Shown piece by piece: positions 1 to 12,018 of a stretch of 64,000 nt of DNA (its first letter is position 1; each line of letters opens with the position of its first letter). The DNA is taken from contig NC_042997.1 in NCBI RefSeq assembly GCF_006345805.1, forward strand, positions 171,368,001-171,432,000, in the 5' to 3' direction. The translations under genes and the position numbers were made by a program. This stretch comes from Octopus sinensis. Taxonomy: Eukaryota. The notes beneath the pieces were generated by a model. That model was not told the origin of the DNA, made no database searches, and worked only from the letters and a program-made list of their open reading frames with translations.

Positions 1-680
1 GTACCAGGTCAATTAGATTGAGCTGATCTATGGTCAAAAGAGTTATGATCATAACCATCTCATTTTCCATAGCATTATGTATTTTATTAACAATCAGCAA
101 AAGCTACAAAATGACTCAAGGGCCAAGGGTTTCATGTGTTGGAATTTACCTAGAACTAAGTTATCTCATTTGTCCTTCATTTGTATGTAGTTTGAAGAAG
201 ATACGGCTGGCTGCTATTTCTAGCTGGTCAGGTGATTAAGTAGAGGCTTCCGTCTGTGCCCAATTGAACATTTGGTTGTTGCTGTTGCTGTTTAGCTCAT
301 GCCAACTTTGACTGATCACAATTATGATGAAAGACTTTCCAGTTATGACAGTTTGTATGATGATGGTGATGATGACAATAAGTGTGATTAAGTACATTAA
401 CATGTGTGTTTGAATTTGTGTATGTATGTATCTATGGGTATATATAATAATCACCTCATGGTAAGGTCACAAGAGGAAGCTATGTGAAACTCACATACAT
501 ATATCTTTTATCTTTTACTCATTTCATGCTGGGGCATTGCCTTGAAGGGTTTAGTCAAACAAATTGACCCTAGTACTTATTTTCTTCTTTTTCAGCCTGG
601 TATCTATTCTATCAGTATCTTTTGCTGAACCACTATGTTATGGGGACATAAACAAACCAACACTCATTGTCAAGTGGTAG

Positions 681-714
<34 letters not shown>

Positions 715-1044
715 TTATATATATATATATACACCATAAATCCTTGAGTATAATCTGCATTTTTTCCCTAAAATTTAAAGGTCAAAATCCCTAGTGCATA
801 TTATACACGAGGTTAAAAATGAAAATGATTTTCTAAGCAGTGTCCGAGTCTCTATTTGCTGTCCAGCAATGTTTATTCAGATGCATTTTGTGATGTCGGC
901 CACGAAAATACCTTAAGCTAAGCCTGAAAGCAATGAAGTCATTAAAGAATCATCCATAACTTGCAGTAAGCAATATTTATTAAACATTATTACTGTTATT
1001 TCTTTATTTTATGCAAACAAAATGCACAAAAAAGCTACACATTT

Positions 1045-1216
1045 GCACCCCTTCTCTAACTTGAGTCAAGGAGGTCTATATAACATCCATGGTTTGTAAA
1101 AATGTATGCAGTAGCGTACTTTATTATACAATAATAATAAAGTACGCTACTGCATACATTTTTACAAACCAAGGATGTTATATAGACCTCCTTGACTCAA
1201 GTTAGAGAAGGGGTGC
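1045..1216. repeat. Near-perfect fold-back palindrome
   Basis: Arms 1045-1127 and 1134-1216 (83 bp, 1 mismatch) with a 6-nt loop. Confidence 0.95.
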
Positions 1217-1242
1217 GTATTATACACAAGGTTTAGGTTTTT

Positions 1243-1454
1243 CAGCCAGCCATATCTTCTTCAAACTACATACAAATGAAGGACAGATGAGATAACTTAG
1301 TTCTAGGTAAATTCCAACACATGAAACCCTTGGCCCTTGAGTCATTTTGTAGCTTCTGCTGATTGTTAATAAAATACATAATGCTACGGAAATGAGATGG
1401 TTACGATCATAACTCTTTTGACCATAGATCAGCTCAATCTAATTGACCTGGTAC
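1243..1454 (-). repeat. Inverted copy of window positions 1-213
   Basis: 1243-1454 (cagccagccatatcttc...gacctggtac) is the reverse complement of 1-213 with about six differences. Confidence 0.95.
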
Positions 1455-1856
1455 TAAACAAAAAAATGATGAGGATAATGATGATGATGACGATGGGGAT
1501 GTTGGTGCCCACACTGATTCCAGTCAAGCACTATATTCTACACAGACCCCTATTCTCAGGAGAATGCAAGCTGCTCTCCCAAACTTGCCCACAGTACAAA
1601 TCTGCCTTAAAAATCCCATTCGTATTATACTCAAGGGCAGTCTATACTCGAGGATTTACGGTATGTATTCATATATAAAATATACAAGGCATTTTTTGTC
1701 AGATGACTGAAACTAAAAGGTATGTACTCTGAGTGCTCAGTTTGGTACACCACTAAAATTCAAGTATAAATTGCAGTTGAATATGTGATTTTGCAATTGC
1801 CTTTCTAAAGCAGCTAGAAATGCCTTCCCCTTGAGCAGGTGTGTATTGATTAAAAG

Positions 1857-2045
1857 AGAAATGAAGAAGTAAACAATTTGGTTAGACTTGACAAGGACAT
1901 TTAATTTAGCTATATAATATGATATAATACAATACAAAGGTGTATATAGAGATTAAATACACCTTTGTATTGTATTATATATCATTATATAGCTAAATTA
2001 ATTGTCCTTGTCAAGTCTCACTAAATTGTTTGCCTCTTCATTTCT
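1857..2045. repeat. Fold-back palindrome
   Basis: Arms 1857-1945 and 1957-2045 (about 89 bp, several mismatches) with an 11-nt loop. Confidence 0.9.
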
Positions 2046-2618
2046 GTTTTAATTTATTTTCATATGTACATATATGTATGTGTGTATATATATATATAAT
2101 ATATATATATATTATATATATATATATATTATATATATATACACATACATATACATACATACATATATATACATATATATACATATACATACATACAAAT
2201 ATGTACATATATATATATAACAGGTTTCTTTCAGCTTTTAAATAATAATAATAATGAAATTATTGTGTATAGTGCTCAGGTGCACTACAGCATAAATCCT
2301 CTCACAAGGCTTTGGCCAGCATGGGGTTATAGTAGAAGTCCCCTGCTGAATGTGCCATGCTGTGGGAATGAACCTGGAACCATGTGATTGGGAAGCAGAC
2401 TTCTTACCACACAGCCACATCTTGTTCTAGTTTGTAATATTGGTTTTAAATTTTGGCACAAGGCCAGCAACTTCAGGGGAGGGGTGAGTCGATTTCCCTG
2501 ACACCCCACTCCTCCACTAATGATCAGCTGGTACTTATTTTATCAGCCTTGAAAGGACAAAAGGCAAAGTCGACCTCAGTGGAATTTGAACTCAGAACGT
2601 AAAGACAGATGAAATACT

Positions 2619-2849
2619 TATTTCTTTATTACCCACAAGGGGCTAAACATAGAGGGGACAAACATGGACAGACATAGGTATTAAGTCGATTATATCAACC
2701 CCAGTGCTTAACTGGTACTTAATTTATCGACCCCGAAAGGATGAAAGGCAAAGTCGACCTTGGCGGAATTTGAACTCAGAATGTAACGGCAGCTGAAATA
2801 CCGCTAAGCATTTCGCCCGACGTGCTAACGATTCTGCCAGCTCGCCGCC
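2619..2849 (-). mobile_element. tRNA-derived SINE family A, full copy (partial copy adjacent at about 2521-2618)
   Basis: Minus strand reads ggcggcgagctggcagaatcgttagc (A box) ... ctgagttcaaattcc (B box) ... gcctttcatcctttcggggtcgataaattaagtacc ... aataaagaaata. Many copies in the window. Confidence 0.85.
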
Positions 2850-2931
2850 TTTGATGAAATACTGCTAAGCATTTTGCCTGGCATGTCAACGATTCTGCCA
2901 ACATCTCACCTCTTTTCAGCTTGTATTATTT

Positions 2932-3299
2932 TGTAGCGGCACAAGCAGTCAGTGCCATATTGGATGAGAACTCGTGGCAGCTATTGCCATCTCCAAGACT
3001 GAAGTGAGACCTCACCTGCATCCATTTGCCATGCGTGAGATCACAACGAGGCTCGCAATGGAAAACTATATAAAGGAAAAACCCGATTCAGATCTCTCTC
3101 TTTTGATGCCACCTTCACAGCAGCACTGGCTGAACACCACCACTGGCTGGACCTGTCTATAGGTTGTATCTCCAGAGACATTGCCCCCACACTAATGGAG
3201 CTACTACACAACGCACACAGCTTAAGATGGTAGCTGAAACCTGTAAATAAACCAGTTGTAAATAGCGTTTGTACTTGAAGTCTTCTCTCTTCGCTTGCC
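2932..3299 (+). mobile_element. LTR-like element, 3'-truncated by a SINE
   Basis: Starts TGTAG, has a TATA-like tatataaa near 3067 and AATAAA at 3246. Homologous to 35713-36277. Confidence 0.55.
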
Positions 3300-3405
3300 A
3301 GAACCACATGGTTCTGGGTTCAGTCTCACTGCGTGGCACTTTGGGAAAGTGTCTTCTACCATAGCCTCGGGCCGACCGGTGGACGGAAACTGAAAAAAGC
3401 CTGTC

Positions 3406-3436
<31 letters not shown>

Positions 3437-3564
3437 TGTATGTATGTATGTATGTATGTATGTATGTATGTATGTATGTATGTATGTGTATGTATGTATG
3501 TATGTATGTATGTATGTATGTATGTATGTATGTGTATGTATGTATGTATGTATGTATGTATGTA

Positions 3565-3625
<61 letters not shown>

Positions 3626-3830
3626 ATATGTTTGTGTGTCTGTGTTTGTCCCCCCCAACATCGCTTGACAACTGATGCTGCTGTGTTTAAGTCACCGTAA
3701 CTTAGCATAATAAGTACTAGGCTTACAAAGAATAAGTCCTGGGGTCGATTTGCTCGACTAAAGGCGGTGCTCCAGCATGGCCACAGTCAAATGGCTGAAA
3801 CAAGTAAAAGAGTAAAAGAGTAAAAGATAT
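3300..3830 (+). mobile_element. SINE family B (tRNA head, internal (TATG)n/(TA)n microsatellite, tail type 1 ending (AAAGAGT)n)
   Basis: ggttctgggttcagtc...cactttgggaaagtgtcttctac head/core, then microsatellite, then ...ggtgctccagcatggccacagtcaaatggctgaaacaagtaaaagag. Confidence 0.85.
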
Positions 3831-4357
3831 GAGTGTTATCATGTGAAATCTATAACCTAGTCACTGATACCTGAGTAGAAACACCTTTGTCTGTCTTCCT
3901 GCCTGTCTGTTTACCTTCTCGCCCATTTGCATACCTAAACATGCACACATATACATACACATATCTTGCATACATGTGCATGTGTATCTGTGCACTGAAG
4001 CATAAAATTTTAGTGCATCTATAGCAATTTTCACATTAAGTTTTCCAAAGAAAATCTGCCAACCTTAACAGATAACAGTAAATATATGAATGACAAAACA
4101 GCTTCACTGATCAAGAATGTTAATTGTTGCATGAAATTTTCAAGTTTAGTTGATAAATTCCCTTCAGAAGCTCACATCACAACAGTTTTCTGGGCTGTTG
4201 TCTTTATTGATCATAAGTGACACAGGTTATGAAAGATGACATTTTTTGTCGTTTTTCTAAAATTCCACATGTTATGTCTTATATCTTATCTATCTGTTCA
4301 ATATCATTTTGATGGCAAGTTATTAGAATGGTTCTAATTAGTTGGTCAAACAATGTA

Positions 4358-4599
4358 CAGGGTTGGTCAAAAGTTATCTGACAGTAAATCAAAACTCTTT
4401 TTAATTCCAAGATTAAAACAAAAAATTATTTTATATGAGACTTTGCTAATAAACAAGCAAATGTTGAAAAAAAAAATCATGATTTTTAACTCACAGAATT
4501 CAATTATTAAACATTCATAATTGGAATGAATAAATAAAAGTGAACATCAAGTATTTATGGAATCTTGATTTACTGTTGGGTGACTTTTGGCCAACCCTG
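4358..4599. mobile_element. Tc1/mariner-type MITE
   Basis: TA|cagggttggtcaaaagt ... acttttggccaaccctg|TA. Confidence 0.85.
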
Positions 4600-4616
4600 T
4601 ATATTTGTGTGTGTAC

Positions 4617-4847
4617 TCTTTACTCTTTTACTTGTTTCAGTCATTTGACTGTAGCCATGCTGGAGCACCGCCTTTAGTCGAGCAAATTGACATCACGACT
4701 TATTCTTTGTAAGCCTAGTACTTATTCTATCGGTCTCATTTGCAAAACCGCTAAGTTACGGGAATGTAAACACACCAACACCGGTTGTCAAGCGATGTTG
4801 GGGGGGACAAACACGGACACACAAACACACACACACACACACACACA

Positions 4848-4892
<45 letters not shown>

Positions 4893-5050
4893 GACAGGTT
4901 TCTTTCAGTTTCCATCTACCAAATTCACTCACAAGGCTTTGGTTGGCCCCAGGCTACAGTAGAAGACACTTACCCAAGGTGTCATGCAGTGGGACTGAAT
5001 CCAGACCATGTGGTTTGTAAGCAAGCTACTTACCACAAAGCCACTCCTAT
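4617..5050 (-). mobile_element. SINE family B, tail type 1
   Basis: Reverse complement of the 3300-3830 organisation, with an internal (CA)n. Confidence 0.85.
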
Positions 5051-5218
5051 GCCTATGTGTGTGTATATAAATATATATGTATGTGTATATATATGTGTGT
5101 GTGTGTATATATGTGTATATATGTGTGTGTATGTATGTATGTGTACATGTGTGTATATGTGTGTGTATTTGTATATATGTGTGTGTATATATGTATGTAT
5201 ATATATGTGTGTGTGTAT

Positions 5219-5535
5219 ATGAGGTGGTATCAAAAAGTTTCCAGACTAGTTATGTTTAATAAAAAAAATAACTTATGTACCTAAGTTTTAGCATCATCAC
5301 CTTCAAAATATTCACCTTCCACAGCAATACACTGGTCCCAGCATTCCTGGCACTTTTGAAATCCAGTCTGGAAGACGTTTTCCGTAAGTGAGTTGATTAC
5401 TATGTGTAGGGTGTGGTTGAGAAATACACCAACCACTCTGCTGGAAATACCAAGGCTGAGCTAGTGACCAAGATGAAGGAGGTGTTTGAAGATCTCAGGA
5501 ACACAGTGAAGAATTCATGCACCAGGTTCCAGGGC
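5219..5535 (+). mobile_element. Mariner-like terminal fragment joined to a Tc1/mariner transposase C-terminal remnant
   Basis: gaggtggtatcaaaaagtttccagact terminus. 5396-5535 translates as DYYV*GVVEKYTNHSAGNTKAELVTKMKEVFEDL...VKNSCTRF, typical of the transposase C-terminus. Confidence 0.6.
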
Positions 5536-5659
5536 CTGAGAGCAGCTACGTTGAGCATACAGCTATCTGCCTGCTACAATCTATTTGATAATTTTTTTTG
5601 ATCTTTTAAAAATACTTTTCTCTGTCAGAGGATCTTTGTCTTGCATGTTACTTAGTAAC

Positions 5660-6110
5660 CCTTGGTAACCCTGCAGTGTTTCATGCCACACAAAAAGCAA
5701 CCAGTCCACACTGCAAAGTGGTTGGCATTTGAAAGGGCATCCAGCTTTAAAAACCATGCTGAAACTATACTTATGACACATGAAAACACTCTCTCCACCC
5801 TGTGGGGTGGTTGATGTTAGGAAGAGCTGTAAAAAACCATGCCAAAACTGACCTCACCTGTGCTTGTGCCATGTAAAAAGTACTCTGTTCACCTTGCTGG
5901 GTGGTTGGTGTCTGGAAAAGTATTCAGCTGTAAAAACCATTCCTAAATTGACCTCACCTGCACTTAAGCCACATGAAAAGCACTCTAACCACCCTGCTGG
6001 GTGGTTGGTGTTAGGAAGAGCATCCAACTGTAAAAACCTAGCCAGCTCCTGTCAAGCCGTCCAACCCATGCTAACACAGAAGGTGGATCTTAAATGATGA
6101 TGATGATGAT
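5660..6110 (+). repeat. About four degenerate tandem copies (about 105 bp) of the RTE sub-terminal tail, ending in (GAT)n
   Basis: Recurring gtggttgg..ttaggaag..ctgtaaaaaccat motif, then ccaacccatgc and taaatgatgat. Confidence 0.6.
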
Positions 6111-7070
6111 GAGGAGGAGGAGGATGAAGAGGAAGAGGAGGAGGATGAAGAGGAAGGGGAGGATGAAGAGGAAGTGGAGGATGAAGAGGAAGTGGAGGAT
6201 GAAGAGGAAGAGGAGGAGGAGCATGAGGATGAGGAGGACAGGATATTGTGTTTCTTTTTTCCCTTTATGCAAGCTGTCAAATTTAACCGGACATCTTGTG
6301 ATGCTGGTCATGGTGGAGGCGAGCCCTGTTGGCAGAGACATTGTAAAGGTCGAGTGGACCCTTTCTTGTCTGCGAGAATGTGTACGGATATCAGAGTACA
6401 TTTTGTTTTTGTGTTTTATATGTGTATGTATGTGTGTGTGTGAAACTGTCTTTATGATGTTGAGCACTACTCTGTGCATGTGTGTATGTGTGTGTGTATG
6501 TGTGTGTGTGCATGTGTGTATGTGTGTGCGTGTGTTTGTGTGTGTGTGTGCATGTGTGTGCGTGTGTTTGTGTGCGTGTGTGTGTGTTTGTGTGCGTGTG
6601 TGTGTGTGTGTGTGTGTGCGTGCACATGTGTGTGTATGTGTAATTCATGGTTGCACACACTTTATAGTCTTGAGCAATCATGCGTGTGTTTTTGGGGGTG
6701 TGTCTTTGTGCCTTTGTTGTTGCTACTGTTGTAGTGTTTATTTATTTATTTATTTATTTATTTATTCCTTTTTGTGCTTATTTTTCTGTCAGTTGGGTTA
6801 AATATAAGCTTGCAGTGGCGGCAATAGATAAAAGTAGATGGATATGTATGGGTGTGAGTGGTGAATGTGTGTGCTTTGTTGTAGTTCGTCATTTATAGTT
6901 TATTCAATTGCGATGATGCCTTTGTCTGTGCATGTCTGTCTGTGTGTGTGTGTGTGTGTGTTTGGGGTGTGTTTGGTGTGTATGTGTCATGTAGGTGTGC
7001 ATTTGGTGTGTGTGTGTTTGGTGTGTGTGTGTGTGTATGTATGTGTATTTGGAGTTTTGTGTGTGCTTGC

Positions 7071-7101
<31 letters not shown>

Positions 7102-7235
7102 TTGGAGTTTGGTGTGTGTGTGTTTGGTGTAGATGTGTGTTTGGTGTGTATGTGTCACGATGTGTGTGTGTGGGTATGTTTGGTGTGAATATGTGTTTGG
7201 TGTATATGTGTGTGTGTGTGTGTGTATGTGCGTGA
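6094..7235. repeat. Compound microsatellite block: (GAT/GAG)n then an 800-bp (GT)-rich low-complexity tract
   Basis: Direct inspection. The ORFs here are repeat translations. Confidence 0.9.
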
Positions 7236-7781
7236 GGGTGTGTCTATTCATATCTACTAAGTTCTAGATATTTTTCACATACATATACATGTACCAATAT
7301 ACTCATACATTCACAGATACAAGTACATATTGCAGCTCTACATGAGCACACATACACACACATACACACACATGCACACATACACATACACACACCCCGC
7401 TCGCGCACGCACGCACACACACATGCACACATACACATTTCCCCTCTGTCTCCTTATTTCTCATTTGATTGTTTTATTTGAAATGGGACTACAATGCGGC
7501 TAAATTGCTATCATTACAATATTGTTATTACTATTATTTATCCCTGGGATTAGGGTTCATGCTGTTACCCCACTTGTTCTTTCCGCTGAATTCAGTGCCC
7601 TTTGTTATGCAGATGGATTCAGTAATTTATCCGAGGGACAAAACCTGCAAGTGAATAAATCGCATTTTTTCTAACCTTGCTTACTGATTAAAATGAAAAA
7701 GGTTACTCCAAATTTTAATTAAGGTTATTTAAACTTGAAATATAGTGAAGAGCAGATCAGATCTTTAGAAGTATAGTGACA

Positions 7782-7825
7782 ACTCCAGACATGTTTCAGT
7801 CTTGTTAGACCTCATCAGCAAAGCG
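7782..7825 (-). ncRNA. Degenerate minimal type I hammerhead ribozyme
   Basis: Minus strand: CGCUUUG-CUGAUGA-GGUCU(AACA)AGACU-GAAAC-AU-GUC-UGGAGU. Core is intact; stem I is mostly G-U pairs. Confidence 0.55.
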
Positions 7826-7888
7826 TTATCTAACTATCACTGCAAACCTTAGATGGATAGAGAATGTATATGATTTCTGTGAATGAAA

Positions 7889-8070
7889 ACGGGTACATTC
7901 ATGGTTGTGTGGTCAAAAAGCCTGCTTCTCAGCTATGTAGCTTCGGGATGAATCCCATTGTGTGGAACCTGGGGCAAGTGTCTTCTACTTCATCTCCAGG
8001 CTGGATTTGGTAGACAGAAACTGAAAGAAGCCTGTAGTATATATGTATGTTTGTGTGCATGTTTATGTGT

Positions 8071-8115
<45 letters not shown>

Positions 8116-8750
8116 AATGTTAGCATCTCCTTGCTTTGCATGATGGTTGTAAATGTGTGTCACTGTTATACAACACTGACGTTCATTTCCAATCTTCTTT
8201 TCTACTCTAGGCACAAGGCCAAAAATTTTGGGGAGGAGGCCAGTCGATTAGATCGACCTCAGTACACAGCTGGTACTTAATTTATTGACCCCAAAAGTAT
8301 GAAAGGCAAAGTCGACTTTGGCGGCATTTGAACTCATAACATAAAGACAGCTGAAATACTGATAAACATTTCACCCGGTGTGCTAACGTTTCTTATTTCT
8401 TTATTGTCCACAAGGGGCTGAACATAGAGGGGACAAACAAGGACAGACAAAAGGATTAAGTCAATTAGATCGACCCCAGTGTGTAACTGGTACTTAATTT
8501 ATCGACCCCGAAAGGATGAAAAGCAAAGTTGACCTCGGCGGAATTTGAACTCAGAATGCAACAGCAGACAAAACACCACTAAGCATTTCGCCCGGCTTGC
8601 TAACGTTTCTGCCAGCTTGCCACCTATGCCATGGGGAAATATTATCTTACTTGGAAACAGGTGAGGTTAATAAGAAGAGCATCTAGCTACAGAAAATCTG
8701 CCTCAACAAATTCCATCTGATCCATGCAGACATAGAAAAGTAGACATTAA
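7889..8750 (+). mobile_element. SINE family B with RTE-type tail (type 2), interrupted by antisense family A SINEs at about 8200-8624
   Basis: Head, then (GT)n, then ...ggggaaatattatcttacttggaaacaggtgagg..gagcatctagct..agaaaatctgcctcaacaaattcc... Nested family A copy at 8395-8624. Confidence 0.75.
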
Positions 8751-9117
8751 AATCCCTTTACACAAAGCCTGAAACTTGTGCGGGAGGGCTGTCGATTTTA
8801 TTGACCCCTAAAAGGATGAAAGGCAGAGTCAACCCTGGTAGGATTTGAACTCAGAATGTAAGGATGGACGAAATGCCACTAAGCATTTTGCTTGGCATGC
8901 TAATGATTCTAACAGCTCGTCACCTTTAAAGTAGATGTTAAAATAACGATGATGACAAAGACAATGATGATAATGAACAGAGAGGCATTAGAGATTTTAA
9001 AAGTAGCCAGAGCAAAAATACCCTGGGATGCCTATTGAAACCTCGGCAGCATACTACAAGCATACTTGTAGCAAGCCAAGAAATTTTGATTAATTAGATA
9101 TGAAATGCAGTGGATCA

Positions 9118-9376
9118 TCATCATCATCGTTTAACGTCCGTTTTCCATGCTAGTATGGGTTGGACGATTTTGACTGAGGGCTGGCACCAGATGGCTGCAC
9201 CAGGCTCCAGTCTTGATCTGGCAGAGTTTCTACAGCTGGATGCTCTTCCTGATGCCAACCACTCTGAGAATGTAGGGGGTGCTTTTTACATGCCACCGGC
9301 ACGGGGGCCAGTCAGGCGGTACTGGCAATGACCTCGCTCGAATCTTTTTACACGTGCCACCGGCACAGGTGCCAGT
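9118..9376 (-). mobile_element. RTE LINE 3' tail fragment
   Basis: (ATC)n then gtttaacgtccgttttccatgctag..., the reverse complement of 33940-34140. Confidence 0.85.
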
Positions 9377-10083
9377 GAAGATATAGACTGATAATGGTGA
9401 TACTGCAAATGAAATCAGATAAGCTATGAGTGATAAACTGCAATAAAGCTTGTAGACATGTGTCCACATCTACACTGTATCTACTGTTATGTACTGTCAC
9501 CACTGGTAACTTAAATCTAACACAGTTGACAGGTCAATAAACAATAGCAGGGAACAACAAAAGCAACTGCAATGAAAAAAGCACCAGCAATGAAATTCAC
9601 ACTTAAACATGTATGTAGACACAGACGCAAATATGCGTAAGAGCTGCATTGAAAAGATGCAATACCACTAAAATTACATGCACACACACACATACACACA
9701 CACACATGCACAATACAAACATAATAATCACATATTCACAAATACATACACATATTTGCACACGCAGTCTCTCACCTCCCACCACCATCACTAGTAAGTA
9801 CACAGAGACCAAACAGAGACTGAAATCAGTCACGGAGAAGTCGTTATAAAGGCTGCAGACATAAATTAAAGACTTTGACAAATGAATCAATTAACAAAGA
9901 TGTGATCTACAACAAATACATGTATTTTTATTGGCAGAATAATCCTCCTCAAACCTAACAATAACTGTTTCAACATAATGATTTAACATCACGAATCTTG
10001 TGACACAAAAAACGCAAAATGCGTAAAGTACATGTATGCAAGTTTATAATATATATATACATATTTGTGCAAGTGTGTGCATG

Positions 10084-10142
<59 letters not shown>

Positions 10143-10177
10143 TATGTGTGTGTGTGTGTGGTGTGTGCATATTTAAT

Positions 10178-10353
10178 AGATTCAGATGAATATGGTACTT
10201 AAGTTAAAGGCACCAGAATTTTGTATGGTATTATCCATATAATTCAAAATTGGGTGATTACAATCAAAATAAGCAACAAGGATATCCAGAGGTAACGCAG
10301 TACTGCATTATTGTACTGCATTACCTCTGGATATCCTTGTTGCTTATTTTGAT
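10178..10353. repeat. Repeat family (also at 54676-54787 and 62917-63065) ending in a 41-bp fold-back
   Basis: tagattcagatgaatatggtac... is shared by three loci. Arms 10263-10303 and 10313-10353. Confidence 0.8.
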
Positions 10354-10499
10354 ATATATATATATATTATATATATATATATATACTGTATATATACATA
10401 TATTAATAGTAATGGTAAGACAACAAAAGAATGAAAGAGATTTCGATATTATGTAAATAGAGGAATTTATCTGTAATATAATATGTGACAATTATTCGG

Positions 10500-10574
10500 T
10501 TGCCATAACAAAACTCTGAGTTTCAGATGTTGGAGTAGAAACCTGCTCCAGCATCTTTTCAGTTATCAAGGCAA
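10500..10574 (-). ncRNA. Type I hammerhead ribozyme, left arm (G8 mutated to A)
   Basis: Minus strand: UUGCCUUGAUAA-CUGAAAA-GAUGCUGGAG(loop)CUCCAACAUC-U-GAAAC-UCAGA-GUU-UUGUUAUGGCAA. Confidence 0.65.
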
Positions 10575-12018
10575 TCAAAATATGCTATGAAAATGACCAT
10601 TAAACAAAGAGAAATTACTATGTAACTGACCGTTATTACAACAAAAGAGCTATTAGAATGATCGTTAAATAAGGGAAAAAAGCGAAGGGGAGGAAGTAAA
10701 AAGTAAAGGAGTAAAAAAGCTCATAGCATTCGTGTATGTGTGCATGTACATACATACAAAGGCATGCACACACACCCATGTGCATGTGCCTATATGCATA
10801 TGCACACTCACATGAAACACACATATGCCAATAGATGCACATATATATGCAACCATGCATGTACACATATATATCCACACACACGTGCTCACATACATGT
10901 GCACATACCCATATGCATACAGTTATATTCAAATACACATCTAAAAATATGCAGATGCTATATGCCCACTCACACCCTTGTGGAACACATGCATGTACAC
11001 CTACATATATATGCAACCATACACATGTACATATACACGCACATATATACATACTCGCACACACAAACATGCACGATGTACACATATGTATATCCACACA
11101 CACATGTGCACATACCCATACATGCACAGTTATATTTAAATGCATGTCTAAAATACGTGCATGCTATATATGCATATGCTCACTCACATGTATACCCACA
11201 TATATATATATATGCAACCATACACATATACAGATACATGTACATATATACATACCCGCACACATGCATACACACACGTGCACACAAAAAAGTTCATATA
11301 CATGTCTTTATATGCACATGTGCAAGAAAAATGCAGAGTGAAAGGTAAAATACAGAAAAATGTGTAAAAATATATAAAGCAATAAAAATATAAAAATATA
11401 TCTCTATAAATATGTAAAAATGTATAAAAAATATGTACAAAATATGTGTGGGTATGTGCACGTGTGTGTGTGTGTGCAGATATACATATGTGTACATCAT
11501 GCATGTGTGTGTGTGTGTGCAGATATGTATATATGTACATGTGTACAGTTGCATATATATATGTGGGTGTACATGCATGTGTTCCACGCAAGTGTGAGTG
11601 AGGATATCGCATGTGCGTGTATTTAGAACTGTATTTGAATATATCTGTGTGCATATGGGTATGTGCACATGTGTGTGTGTGTGCGTGCCTGTGTGTGGAT
11701 ATGTATACGTGTACATGCATGGTTGCATATATATGTACATCTGTTGGTGTATGTGTGCATGCGCATGTCTGTGTTTCATGTGAGTGTGAGTGAGCATATG
11801 CATATAGGTACATGTATGTGGGTGTGTGTGCATGCCTGTGTATGTATGTACATGCATGCATGATTGCTACGAGCATTTTTATTCCTTTACTTTTTTACTT
11901 TCTCCCCTTTGGTTTTTCCCTTATTTAACGGTCATTCTAATAGCTCTTTTGTCTTCATAACGGTCAGTTACATAGTAATTTCTCTTTGTTTAATGGTCAT
12001 TTTCATAGCATATTTTGA

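Larger units (their letters stand above)
734..1661. mobile_element. Non-autonomous pogo/Tc2-like DNA transposon, internally rearranged
   Basis: TIRs ccataaatccttgagtata (734) and tatactcgaggatttacgg (ends 1661), followed by TA. Internal gtgcrtattatacac motif is repeated. No ORF. Confidence 0.7.

Noticed and set aside
1045-2045. Fold-backs as pure sequencing or assembly chimeras
   Set aside because: Arms here and at most other sites differ by substitutions and indels to varying degrees, implying genomic age; raw-read confirmation is still advisable.
3157-3708. Long ORFs rich in HT/YI/CV/MY (also 6094-7251, 10636-11876, 48910-49639, 60868-62042 and others)
   Set aside because: They are translations of (CA)n, (TA)n, (TATG)n and (GAT)n repeats, with no domain signal.
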